Assembly: GCF_018977255.1 (NCBI RefSeq) | Contig: NW_024704743.1 | Coordinates: forward strand, 38,132,001-38,196,000 | From: Callorhinchus milii | Lineage: Eukaryota | Reading direction: 5' to 3' | Length of the DNA stretch: 64,000 bases | Shown here: positions 51,311-63,575 of the stretch, piece by piece | Numbering within the stretch: the first letter of the stretch is position 1 | Layout: every line of letters starts with the position of its first letter | Made by a program: the position numbers and the translations under genes | The notes under the pieces: generated by a model | The model's database searches: none | Told to the model about the DNA's origin: nothing | What the model saw: the letters and a program-made list of their open reading frames with translations, nothing else

Positions 51311-51419
51311 AACAAGATGAGGTAGAAATTAAAGAGAGGACTGTGACAAAGGAGTCAAACATTGTAGAAAAAGGTAAAAGGAAATATTGGGGAGCAAACA
51401 TGGAATCCATCAAGAGGGC

Positions 51420-51522
51420 GAGGGATTGAAAAGAACTAAAAAGATTACTCTTCAAGAGAGCCGGCACAGATAAGATGGGCCGAATGGCCGTCTTCTGTGC
51501 TGTAAATTTCTATGCATCTATC
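51420..51522 (+). mobile_element. CR1 3' terminus
   Basis: gagccggcacagataagatgggccgaatggccgtcttctgtgctgtaaatttctatg. Confidence 0.8.
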
Positions 51523-51789
51523 GTTCCACATAATGTTAAATTTATATTAAACTTTGATTAGACCACATTTGGAGAATTGTGTACCCTTCTGGTTGCCACT
51601 TCTGGATTTGAAACATTGATTGTCCAGCAGCTTGGGATGTCTCCCCAATGTGAAAGGTGCTGTACAAATGTAATTTTGTTGTTGTTGCCACACGACAAGA
51701 AAGATATTGGCATTAGAGTGTTGTTGTGGTACCATCCTTATAAAAAGCTTAGATTTATAAGGATGGTATCACAACAAAACCAACTTGCA

Positions 51790-52146
51790 CTTCACGCGGG
51801 TTAGTGATGCCTAAGTTGCGCAAGGTTTCAGTGGGTCTGAGGGAGAGCCTGGAGCGGTTGAGGAGATCAGACCCACAGGAGAGAAGACGTTGACGAAAGT
51901 CAGCTACAGGAAATTTGCGCTCGTCCAGGCCTTGATGTCCATCAAACAAGCTGATAGGACATCAGCGGACTGGGAGTCGCAGTTGGAACTGGAGAAGTAG
52001 ATTTGAAGTTGATCTCATGTCTGTGGAAGTTGATCTCATGTCTGCGGATGACATAGCCGAGAGGGAGGATGTAGATGAGTAAAAGAAGGATCCGAGGACG
52101 GAGCCTTGAGGTACCCTGCAGGTGACCGGGCAGGGGCGAGAGGAAA
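51790..52146 (-). mobile_element. L2-clade LINE reverse transcriptase fragment
   Basis: Minus strand reads VTCRVPQGSVLG, then a frameshift, then IYILPLGYVIRRHEINFH...QIYFS, a typical L2 RT core. Confidence 0.82.
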
Positions 52147-52199
52147 AATCATTGGTACCAGGGATACAGCTATCAAAGACTGCGGAGATTATAGCACGT

Positions 52200-52695
52200 C
52201 TTTCTGGAGTTGAGACAGTTAAAAGGGGTCCTGATAGAGGTATTCAAGATTATGAAATGATTTGATAAGATGGATGTTAATACACTGTTTCCACGATTGG
52301 TGGGTCTGTAGCTGGAGAACAGAAATATAAAATAGGTAGGGTTAGATCTGATAAAGAGTTTAGATGGAATGTCTTCATGCAGAGGGTGATGAGATTGTGA
52401 AACTCACTCCTGGAAGCTGTGGTTGAAGCAAATAGCATCAATGTGATTAAAGGAAAGCTTGATGCATGCATGAGAAGGGAATAGAGGGGTACAGCAAGAG
52501 TATTGAGTGAACTACAGAGGTTTGGGAGAAAGGCAGGTAAATGGGACTGAAAGGATTGCCAGCCACAGACACGACGAGTGAATGGCCTTCTTCTGTGCTA
52601 TAAATATTCTATGGTTCTGTGGTTGGGGGCTTGTGTCTTGTATTAACACAGACTAGTTGGGCCGAATGGCCTCTTTCCATGCTGTACAATTAAGT
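52200..52695 (+). mobile_element. CR1 3' fragment plus a second CR1 tail
   Basis: gatagaggtattcaagattatga...gaatggccttcttctgtgctataa...; then gggccgaatggcctctttccatgctgta. Confidence 0.8.
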
Positions 52696-54269
52696 CATAC
52701 CTTATGCAATTTACTGAATGAACAGAAGCTGGAGCATTGAACATTGAATTGTTGCCAGTCACATCGCAGACCATTGTCTGCAGTGTGATTCTTGTTGTTG
52801 ATCATATTTCCTATGATTCGTTCCACTTTACTCATGATTAGTTCAGGTAAAATGATATAATTTTTAAAAAAGGCAAACTTCAGAAGGAAACGGTGAATAA
52901 CCAAAATAACTGACTGGACAATGTTGCTGAAAGATGTACATTTTGGAAAACATTAAAACATGGAGAGTGGAAGAGAGAACATATCTGAGAATGTAAGTGT
53001 GAGCTAAGTAAGCATTCTCCAGAATGGATAAATAGGTCACATAAAATGGAACTAAATAAGAAAGACAAAATCTGTAAGGAAAACTCTGGAAGTTTAGAAA
53101 TGTTCTCAAACAGGTTAAAAGGGATATCACAAATACTACCTGAAAAAAGCAGAGATCAGAAGAACTGAAGATATTAAGCATAATATTAAAAGTGTTCCTC
53201 CTGTATCATACATAGTTAAATGAAGCTAGAAATCTAAAAGACAACAGTGACGATAAAGTTAACTGTGGAACTATTTCCATCTCTGAGGTCAGCTAATTCC
53301 ATGCAAATCAGAATTCAAACAAGGAAAGTTCCAGCCGAGGTGATTAATTTATCAACTGAGCTATTGGCAGAACCACAGTTAAGTTTCAGTAGAGCTTGTG
53401 CTGTGAAGCTATGATAATTAAATGTCTATAAGGCACTTGGGTCAGTTGGAGTGTATCATTGGTTCATCAAGAAAAATAGAAGTGAAATAGACAAGTCCTA
53501 TAAACAAGAAATAGACAAGAAATCAACAATGTTGAAAAAAGTATGAGATGTCAAATCTGGGAAATGTAGACTAGCCAGTCTAATACAGAAGGGAAATGCT
53601 TGAGAGTATTATGTGGAATAATATAAATTCTATTCTTAAAAGGACAGAGGCTCATAGGGATAGTTAGCATGGAATTAGAAGCAGCATGTCTTAACAACAT
53701 AAAAATCAGGAACGGTATAGATAATATGCCCACTGAATCTCATTTGTCTATTAAGTTAGCTTCCCATCATAGCATCAAATTGTGTTATGAATAATTCACA
53801 TCTATTTTCCGGCTTGTAAATTCTTCTAGACATTTATTATTCCTTGAGGAAATGTGTTTTACTGATATTTGTTCACTGCTTTTCTTTATGTCCTTTGGCC
53901 CTTTTGCCTTGGTTTTGGATTAACAGTACCTTATCTATAGCTTTATTGTTCCATATCCTTTAATGAGGTTCCTCCCACTCCACCCTAAGCTAACTTCCTT
54001 CTAAATTGTCAAACCTGTATAATTTATGTAATGTTTCATCAGTATTTATTTCCTCGATGTAGAGTGTCTTTCCAGGGTTGGAGTTAAGAAGTATTCCTGG
54101 AGTAAAGTAGATGGAGCATTACTCTGCATTTTGGTGTGCTAGATCTGTGTGCTTGATGCTGATAAAGTATTCAGTTTCGAGAGGTGAGAGAGTTTTCCAT
54201 CCTTCAGCACTTATATCATCAACAACAACAAGATTGCATTTATAGAGCGCCTTTCACGTCGGGAAACGG

Positions 54270-55020
54270 CACAGAAAGAGGCCAGTCAACCCATCGTGTC
54301 TGCGCTAGCTCCGAAAAGAGCAATCCAACTCAATCCCACTGGCCCACTTTCTCTCCATAGCCCTGCAATGTGGTCCTCCCCAAATACCCATCTACTTCTC
54401 TCTTAAAAGTTGTTATTAAATCGGCTTCCACTACCCTTTCAGGTAATGCATTCCAGATCCGAACAACTCGCTGGGTAAAAACCTCCCCTCTGTTTCTTTT
54501 AACAACTAACTTAAATCGGTGTCCTCGGGTTACTGACCCACATGCCAGTGGAAACTATTTTTCCCGGTTCAACCTATCAAATCCTCTCATGATCTTGAAA
54601 ACCTCTATTAAATCCCCTCTTAATCTTCTCTGCTCTAGGGAGAATAATCCTAGTTTCGCTAACTTCTCCTCATAACTAAGGTCCTTCATTCCTGGTACCA
54701 TCCTGGTAAACCTCCTTTGCACCCTCTCCAATGCCCTAACATCTTTCCTAAAGTGCGGTGCCCAGAACTGAATGCAGTACTCCAACTGAGGCCTAACCAG
54801 CATTTTATAAATATTCAACATAACCTCCTGACTTTTGAATTCTATGCCCCTATTTATAAAACCTAGTACCCGTATGCTTTTTTAACAGCTTTATTTACCT
54901 GTCCTGCCACCTTCAGAGATTTGCTTATGTGGACCCCCAGGTCTCTCTGTGCATTTGCCCCCTTTAAGATTGTACCATCAGCTTATACTGCCTCTCCTCA
55001 TTCTTCTTACCAAAATGCAA
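54270..55020 (-). mobile_element. CR1 LINE 3' fragment
   Basis: ORF 54555..54821: LVRPQLEYCIQFWAPHFRKD...RRLRGDLIEVFKIMRG. Confidence 0.93.
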
Positions 55021-57482
55021 TCTTGATATTACTTAGCAAACAACAATAATTTTACCAAAGATTAGACTTTAAAGATGTGCTTGATAGGGCACGAGTTTGA
55101 GAGGCAAGTGATGTGAACAAACTTGTAACAAACCAATTAACCCTTTAAAACAGGATGTCTGGTATTCCAATATACAGTATTCAGTAGGAGTCGGTATGCT
55201 TTTCTTTGGGGCCGATTTGAAAAGGAGAACAGAACTAGAAGTGACCTGAGAGCCACAAGATGTCGATTAAGAGCAGATCAGTCGGGTAATTGAAAAGTCA
55301 CAGCAGAACTATGAGTATCTGGCCCACTGTTTAGATCCCTATCAATCTTTAATTTGGTTTAAGTTTGAGTTCAGTGCACTGTAAATCTTTGGGCTAGAAT
55401 GTTTACATTGGTTGAAAATGAATGAACTCTGTTTAACAAAGAAATCAAAAATGTTTACAACACAATATAGGATCACACATTTAAAATCCACAAACTTTTT
55501 TTTGGAACTTGTATATAAAACAATCTTGTTTTGTACATTTTTAGATGTCTGTTAATTTAAACATTAGTATGAAATTGCAACCACTGAAAATTTACCCTGA
55601 GATCTGGATTTTCTTCACAATGGAAGGTGCAGTCAGTATTGCCAAAAGTCAAATAACTGAGTTTGCAGTAAAGCTGTGTCTCTTAAACACCACATGAGCT
55701 GCTGGTTTGGGCCAAGGTGCAAGTACTATAGTTCAGTAAAATTGTTAGTTGCTCTGTAAAATTTGAAGGATGACTTCACACTGCTTCATATGTGAGAGAA
55801 AGGACTTATGTATTTGGTACAAATCTCTCAAGCTCCCACTGCTTGATCACAGCATTGAGTTAATAAAAAGTATTATATGTGTAAGTGTATTGCTATTATA
55901 ATTTAGGAGCTGGGGATAATCTGCTGTCAACAGCTTTCTCTCCAGTTGGAGGCCACTGTGGATGGAAACCTTTGTTTGCTCTTCCTTATCTGTCTAATTT
56001 GGAACAAAGTAATGTCTTAGAATTTGGGAGACAGATTTGGAGCATTGTGAATTCTGTTTGAGTTTGAAACTGAAATCATTTAACATTAAATATGTTCTGA
56101 AATACTTATAGTTCAATTGCTAACGATTCTAGTTTCGTCCTGTGATTCACTGAAAATTGAAAAATAGTGCTTTTTTCCAGGGCTCTGAAGGAATGCTTAG
56201 CAACAAGTAGAAGTCTGCAACAAATTTCACATCTGAAATGATTCACTGACCATTGCTGGTGTATCAACAAATTTGTCAAGCCACGATTTGTGTTAGAGAA
56301 ACCAGCTGCAGATGTTAAGCAGTGCAATATTAAATATGAACTCTCATTTCAAAGTAGATGCGTTTTAGTGTAGTTGGGTGGTGGTTTGAAAGCCTGATAA
56401 TGTTACCACAAACTGATTGCCAGATGTTTCTATTCAATAAACATCAAGTGTCATTCTTGGATAAATATCTATTCAGAGGCTCGCTCATCAGTGGTTCCCT
56501 TTTTATCAGCATTTAGCCACTGATTTATTTGTTGACTTAATAAAGAACATTACAAACTTTAGTTGTTCACATCGGATTCAGGGACTTACGGTGAATATAT
56601 AACAACTCAATTGCCTTGCTTGTGAAGTACGTCGTCAATGAGGATACTTCAGACAGTTTCTGTGCGGAATGAACTTTTTTAATTTCTTGTTATCTCCATG
56701 TCACTTTTGCCCCTTCTCTTTCCAATCCAAATGTTGTGTTTGTGGTTATTGATGCTCATTCCAGATCTTTATGTGTGATGTGACAGTTTTCAAGAAAGTT
56801 TCATGCAATAGACTGGGCCTTTAGCTACTGTGCTGAAGTGTTTGATAGTATTTGGACATTCTGGGTTCAGGCTCCCAACGCAGAACTAATGATACAAGTC
56901 TCTGGTAGCTCGAAGTCAGCTGCTGGAAGCTCCTCAAATAGTCCTGCAATCGAGGCAGTGTGTTTTGTCTGTTTATGTTGGAACTCATTGCTGCAAACAA
57001 ATCTGGTGCTAGCACTTTCAGTGAAGTGTCGACTGCTATACTACTGGGAAACATTACAGATTTTTAAAAAATAATGATGCACATTCATAGATGCGTTTTT
57101 AAAATAAGAATGAAATGACAATGGATGGCACTGAGAAAAGGCAGCTGGTACCACAAGCAGGTGCGGCTCGGCAGAACTGTGACAAACGGAGGAAAACGAA
57201 GGTTGTGAACCTGCTGCTGATTTATAATGTCACATTTTCCAATTAGTAACAACATGAGATGGGCTTTGTTAGGAAATTTAGGATAAATCTGAGCTCTCTC
57301 TTCTCTTCCACCCAATTATACTTGGAGCTGTAGATTCAGAACATCTAGTGAAAAGAACGAACATGCATTTGCCTTGACATGTTGAAAGTTTCAAAGTGCC
57401 TCATGGCAATTACAGCTAACTGTAGTGACAGATTTGGTGGCAAATATGGCACCCATTTTGCACACAGCAAGGCCCAATCTGT

Positions 57483-57650
57483 GTTAGCCTAGCTCAGTTG
57501 GTAGCACGCTTACCACTAAGTCAAACAGTTGTTGGTTGAAGCCCCGCATTAGACTGTGCTAACTCACACTCCAACGTAGTGCTGGGATTTTCTGCATCGT
57601 TGGAAGTTCCGTACTTCACATGAGACGTGAAGCCGAGGTTCCATCTGAAT
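57483..57650 (+). mobile_element. Deu-domain SINE 5' part (tRNA-like head plus core)
   Basis: tagctcagttggtagcacgctt...catgagacgtgaagccgaggttccatctg. Confidence 0.65.
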
Positions 57651-58465
57651 AGGCAGGCAAAACCTTGTTTAATATTTTATTTGAATGTCAGTACTCTGCC
57701 AGTGCAGTACTTCCGAGTGCTGTCCCATCATAGACGTCTATATCTCAAGTCTAATGTGAGGCCTGAAGAATCCACAACGTTCTGACTAAGATGCTCGTGT
57801 TGTGGTAATGATGGGGAGGAAGAAGGGAAAGTAAAGAGTAGTAATTCATTTTTAGGATCTGCTTGATTCAAGAGTTCACCAACCAAATGTAACGAAATAG
57901 TGTCTGCTATTTCCTGACAACATCGCTCACCTTAATCTGAGAAGAACCCCAAACTGATTCAAGTTTTGGGGAAATTTAGAAAGTGATCCTTAGCAAAGTT
58001 AGCATTTTAACGCTTATTTTGTGCTGCGCACCCAATCCTACCATCGGGGAACTAGGTTAAGACTACCTCAGTTTACACAACATGCTAAAGAGATATCATC
58101 ATATGTGCTTGGGCTAGATTCGTGCCGGATTCGAACTCAGACTCCAGAAGTGAAAAGCAGTTGTGGGTGCAACACGCATAAATGTGCTTTGCATGAACAA
58201 ACCAAACGTTGTGTGTTGTTTACATGCATGCAAAGTCAAAGTTTGTTGTAATCCTGTATAACAGCACACATTTCTTTAGACCACAATTGTGTAAATGCCA
58301 TTTTTATACATGAAATATGGGGCAATAAAGGTAGATCCTATGTTCTTTTATATCTCATAGGAACATCTTGATTTCATGCTGTTCCACTGCTCTGCCCTCA
58401 TCTGATTTTTCCTGTATATTTTCCATTATAATACTTATATTGTGATTTGTGTTTTGTTTTCACAG

Positions 58466-58658
58466 TGAGGAGGTGTGCAAGCGAGGATTCACTGTAATAG
58501 TTGACATGCGTGGATCCAAATGGGACTCCATTAAGCCACTGCTGAAGATTCTGCAGGAATCCTTTCCTCGATGTATTCATGTTGCACTGATCATCAAGCC
58601 AGACAACTTCTGGCAGAAGCAGAGAACTAACTTTGGCAGCTCCAAGTTTGAGTTTGAG
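58466..58658 (+). CDS. TRIO: TRIO coding exon (exon 4 equivalent), 193 bp, Sec14 domain; EEVCKRGFTVIVDMRGSKWDSIKPLLKILQESFPRCIHVALIIKPDNFWQKQRTNFGSSKFEFE
   Basis: Acceptor ttttgttttcacag| and donor GAG|gtactt. AG+T across the intron gives Ser. TRIO-type residues (KWDSIKPLLKILQESFP, KFEFE) rather than kalirin-type. Confidence 0.97.
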
Positions 58659-60089
58659 GTACTTTCAGATATAAGATTTAGATATTATTGAACTAATAAC
58701 CAAACCATTCATAATCTTAATGACTCCCAACATATGTTTTTCTTTGCCAAGCCATTTCATTTGAAACTTCTTTCCTGTACATGCTATTTTGATGGTTTAT
58801 TTTAGGTTTCACGTGAGTGCACAGTTGTGTAAAAAAAAAATTGGTCAAGTTTCAACATGTGGTTTAGCTGCACAAAGTGGGGCTAAAAGATCCATTATAA
58901 AAGTTTGATTGTTTAACCCACAAAGACCAATAGGCAGAGAACAGATTTTTTCTTGATGTATCAAATGCAAGGATTATTAATATTATTATTTCAGCGTTAG
59001 TGGGGGATGGAGGGGGAAAGAGGCACAGAGTGAGGGTTGGGAACAAATGTGGAACTAAGCCAAAATGCTGAAGGACCACAATTATTTAATTTGAACTCTT
59101 GTGTATAATGAAGCTTACCCTTTTTGTTTTGCTTATATAACACGTAGAGAAAAGCCCATGGCCCAGGCCCAGTCACTTAGGGACATGTTTTTGCTTGTAT
59201 TTCAGTATGCCATTGCTATCGTCAGCTCATTGTGTACACTAGTGTAATGCGATGCCCAGTCGCTAATAGTTCATTAATAAACCTGAGGGACCCCACTCAT
59301 ATAAAACCACTAACTAAATTTGCATTTTTTAAAATGCAAGGATTATTATTGTTGTTATTATGATTATTGTTGTTATTATGAGGACTGAATTGACCATCCT
59401 TTGCATTCAGTGTGGATGTAACATGAGCAGAAAACAGCCTGAATTTTGTCTCTCAGTTATGAAAGAATGCCTAAGAGAGCTGATATTCCTTAATTCACTG
59501 CATAAACCAGACACTTTTTTGGATTTTTTTTGTTATCTTTTATAATATTTAACTTTGGTTAAGAAATGTTACCTCATGTTCTTGAGGCCCATTGGATGAT
59601 TGATGTCCTCATTAAATACTGATCTGTGGTGGTTAGTCAGCAAGGATTCAGTTTTATGAACAGTGTGTAATGCCACAACAATTTACATTCGTATAGTGCC
59701 TTTCATGTCTGGAATGAGTCAAGTTGCCAACCCATTCATGTCTGGCGAATGAGCCAGTTTTAAAAAGGCATTTTTATCTTTAACTTCTTTTGCAAGGCTA
59801 ATTTCCAAGTTATTCATTGGAACCAGCAGTGAGTAACTGGTTACTAGATGATGTCATATCCCTCATGTGTGGTCCGGCTGCTGAAATTTTAAAGATGTAC
59901 TTTAGTTGCTATTAAGCTAAAAAGGTATATAAATAAAACACTGCAAACATTCAGGCTGTTGTACATCAGCAGAATGTGGCCAATATGAGATAACTCCCTG
60001 ACATCACACCTCCTAAACAGTAAAGGAGAACTAACTCATCTAGGATCAATCATTTTGAATTTATGCCCAAGAAATGTGATTGTGATGGA

Positions 60090-60583
60090 GTTTTTGTTCG
60101 GCCATGTGGAGCTTGTGGAAGCCAATCACCGTGCTTAAGATTATACAAATCAGATTGAGCATTCCACATAGATTTGTCACTTCCATGTGGAAATTTCCCT
60201 GCGAGTGAAATAGAATACACACTCTCTCCCTGGAAAGTTGCAACCTACCTATCTAATTCTGGAGAATATTAGGCACAGGGTTTTGAGATCCAAGAGTTGG
60301 GGACCTCATAGTGCATGAAGGGATGCTGCTAAAATTTAATCAGCTGAAGCTGCAAAGCTTGCCATTGAGAGCACTCTCTGGCAAACTTCTCACTATTTGT
60401 ACGGAAAGGACCACCTTACACATTAAGGCTTTTGTTTGTAGAACTAACGGGAGTTGAGTGGGAAGAATCCCTAGCCGCAGTGACTGGTTTGCATTTCCAA
60501 GACCTGCCAATGAGCCAGGCCGATTGGTCAGTGGTCAGCATATCTTGGAGGACTATGTACCAGCCTAGCTAAGGAACGGGACT
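60090..60583 (-). mobile_element. A-tailed retroposon family copy
   Basis: ttttttgttcggcc...caccgtgcttaaga...ctaattctggagaatattaggc...agcttgccattgagagc. Confidence 0.75.
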
Positions 60584-60910
60584 AATAATAATAATCTTAA
60601 CCTGACATTTCATGTCAGGAGGACATTCCAAAGCTCTTCACATGATATTACTGCAAAGTGGAAGGACGGTGTGTTTTTGTGGGTGAAAGTGTCAGCCACA
60701 AACTGCAAACAGCAATGTCCCACAAACAGCCATGAAGTGAATGACTAATTTTATTTGTGGGATTGTTGACCAGGACACTGGTAAAAACTTCCTTTTCTTT
60801 TTGAATCGTATCGTAGGTTCTTTAATATCCACCTTAACTTCCAAATGGGATTTCAGTTTAATGTCTCATCCGAAGGACCACACCTCCAACAATGCACAAT
60901 ACAGCACATG
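60584..60910 (-). mobile_element. Deu-domain SINE
   Basis: (aat)n tail, cagcaatgtcccacaaacagcc, cagtttaatgtctcatccgaaggac. Confidence 0.72.
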
Positions 60911-61195
60911 CCTAGGACTACATAGAGTGTCAACCTAAATTATATACCAAGACTGCCACAGAGGGTTGACATGATTAATACATTCCATTGCCAGACACGT
61001 CACGGCTTATCTCTCTCAATTCCCACCCTCAACCAAAAACAATAGTCCCTATTGCAGTGTTAAATAACTCCAATGTCAAATGCGTCATACCTGTGCAAGC
61101 AAATATATCAAATGCAAGAATTATTATTTATTATTATAAGCAATTTTGAAATAAAGTTTTCGCATATGAAAAGTATCGAGCATATTTATGCGATA

Positions 61196-62378
61196 CAGGG
61201 TGATCCAACCGGGGGACCACAGTCTGCATCTGGCCTGGGGCATGATTTCATTCGGCTCAAGATCATTTCCAACTTTGTGCTGCTCCTTCCCTCCTCGCCT
61301 CCTCCCTCCCTCCCTTCCTCCCTCCCTCCCTCCCTGGTGAACCATCCTCTCATGGCAGCGGCAGGAGTTGGCGGTTGGGAGGATGCGGTGGGTAATTGAG
61401 TATCTCAGTACATTGAGCTGCGGGGAGTGGAAATAATGCTGCCTGGTGCTGCAGTCTGTCAGGAAGTCCCTCCCGAGCTGAGGGGAAGGCGAGCGGGTCT
61501 CCTTACCACCTCATCCTCTCAACAGCCGGCTCTTGCCGCTGCCAGATAGTGAGCACCCACTTGTGGCCGGCAGAGGAGCCATTCCCAGAGGCGAGGGGGA
61601 AAAAGTGTGTGAGAGGGGAGATAGAGAGGACGTGTATGTGAGTGAGAGAAAGAGTGTGTGTGGAGAGTCTAACAGATAAAGGTGGGGGTGGGAGCGTGAC
61701 TGAGGGAGAGAGCATGATTGATAGAGAGGTAACAAGAGTGATTGAGAGAAAGAGAGCATGAGGGGGAGAAAGTGAGAGAGGGAAGTGAGGGCAGAGTTTT
61801 GTGATTCACTGTCAGGACAGGTGATCGAAGCCTCCCTCGGCCGCCGGGGTGGGGGACAGAGTGACGTGCCGTACAGTTTCCTCATAGCATGCTCCCTCTT
61901 TCCACAGTGAGAAACTCCTACAGCTTTCTTTCCCCCTCCCAACCCTACCCCTGCGATCTCCCGACCCGGCCGTTCCCTTTGCCCAGCAAACACCAGCTTG
62001 CTTCATGTCCCCTCCACCCCACCCCCTCATCTGCTCCACCATCTTCATTTTGCCCCCACTCTTTGGAGCATATTCCCGGAGTCCCTCTAACTCGCCACTC
62101 CCTCCTTTCTTTCAAGTCACAAGCTAATTCTTTGACCACGCTTTCGGTCATCTTTTCCCCTCCCTGCCCCATCTCCCTCAGCTCCCACCCCCAGCTCAGG
62201 TGCCCAGCCGACATTGTCAAGTGCTCTGAGGCATCCTTCTGACGTGCAAAAGGCGTTGCATAAATGTGGTTATGTTATGTTTCTGGAAGGGAAACACAAA
62301 AATATTGCTGATGCTGCCTCTGGACATTTCCCAAACAGGGCACCCGGCCCTCAGCATCCAAAAGGATGGACCACCCTG
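61196..62378. mobile_element. Longer hAT non-autonomous element of the same family, with a GA-rich interior and a probable nested L2 fragment (~61885-62275)
   Basis: TIRs cagggtgatccaac ... gatggaccaccctg. Flanks atgcgata/atgtaata match 6/8, a degenerate 8-bp TSD. The 3' ~100 bp matches 10358-10461. Confidence 0.75.
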
Positions 62379-63062
62379 ATGTAATATAGTAAAACATCTT
62401 CTATTGGGCACATATGGACAAGATTTTAAAAAAAAAGACTAAAGATCACGTTGAACCATTTTTTACCAAAAAAATTCCTGTGTGTTCTATTTTTGCCTGA
62501 TGTTTCCAATTAAATAAATCATGAGCTTCATACAGGAAAGCCACATGCCACAGGGAGCAATGTTTTAAATTGGGGAAGCCACTTTCTCTTTAGTTTTTCA
62601 AAAAAAAACAGTGCCGCCTTCAGTTCTCCCAAGAAATCAGGAAGCTTCAATAATTGCTTTGCCGGTTAATTATATTGCAAACTTCTGACAACGATGAAAC
62701 CATATTATGTCATTGTACTATATTTTTGGAGACTGTGTTTTGCACTCATAGGGATTAAAATTGCAGCGTGTGATCCCACCGGTGATGGTTATCATGTTAA
62801 CAAAAAATATGGTTTAAAAACTTTCAACAATTCTCACTGGCAGAATGTGACTGGAGGCAGAAAGGGCTATACCCCCATCTATGCCAGTGATAATTATTGA
62901 CTGCTTTTGACTATTTTTAATTGATATGTTCATTTTCATTAATGTGATAATATTCATAGATTATTGATACTCAGAAACAGACTATATGGCTCATCAGGTC
63001 TGTGCCGATATTATTCTCCATACCAGACACCTAACGTGTTGTTTGTTTCCACCTGATTCTAG

Positions 63063-63575
63063 ACGAACATGGTGTCTGTTGAAGGTCTTACCAAAGTGGT
63101 GGACCCATCCCAGCTCACTCCCGAATTTGACGGCTGCCTGGAGTACAACCACGAGGAGTGGATTGAAATCCGTGTTGCGTTTGAAGACTTTATAAGTAAT
63201 GCATCACACATGTTATCCAGACTGGAAGAGCTGCAGGAGATGCTGGCCAAAAAAGACTTCCCTCAGGATCTGGATGGAGCTCGAAAGATGATTGAAGAGC
63301 ACACGTTGCTTAAGAAGAAGGTTATCAAGGCTCCCATTGAGGAACTTGACCTGGAAGGGCAAAAACTACTGCAGAGGATCCAAAGCAGTGAAAGTTTTCC
63401 TCATAAGAACTCCATATCGGGGAATGCAGACTTTCAGGGTCTTGTACCAAAAGTGTCCAGTATGTTGGACAAACTGCACTCGACGAGACAGCATCTGCAT
63501 CAGATGTGGCATGTACGCAAGCTGAAGCTAGATCAGTGTTTTCAGCTCAGACTCTTTGAACAAGATGCAGAAAAG
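63063..63575 (+). CDS. TRIO: TRIO coding exon (exon 5 equivalent), 513 bp; end of the Sec14 region and first spectrin repeat (TNMVSVEGLTKVVDPSQLT...QLRLFEQDAEK)
   Basis: Acceptor ctgattctag| and donor AAG|gtaaga, phase 0-0. Overlaps ORF 63069..63656, which is highly similar to recalled vertebrate TRIO. The gene continues beyond the window. Confidence 0.97.

Noticed and set aside
50868..51467. 199-aa minus-strand ORF and 160-aa plus-strand ORF
   Set aside because: Antisense and sense readings of a decayed CR1 3' end; not host genes.
61300..61900. GC-rich stretch as a CpG-island promoter or coding exon
   Set aside because: Lies between the TIRs of a hAT-like element and is largely low-complexity; the ORFs have no recognisable protein signal.
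46039..63575. Assignment as KALRN (kalirin) or SESTD1
   Set aside because: Diagnostic residues (FRKNDEMKAM, KWDSIKPLLKILQESFP, KFEFETNMVS, CLEYNHEEWIEIR) are TRIO-type.
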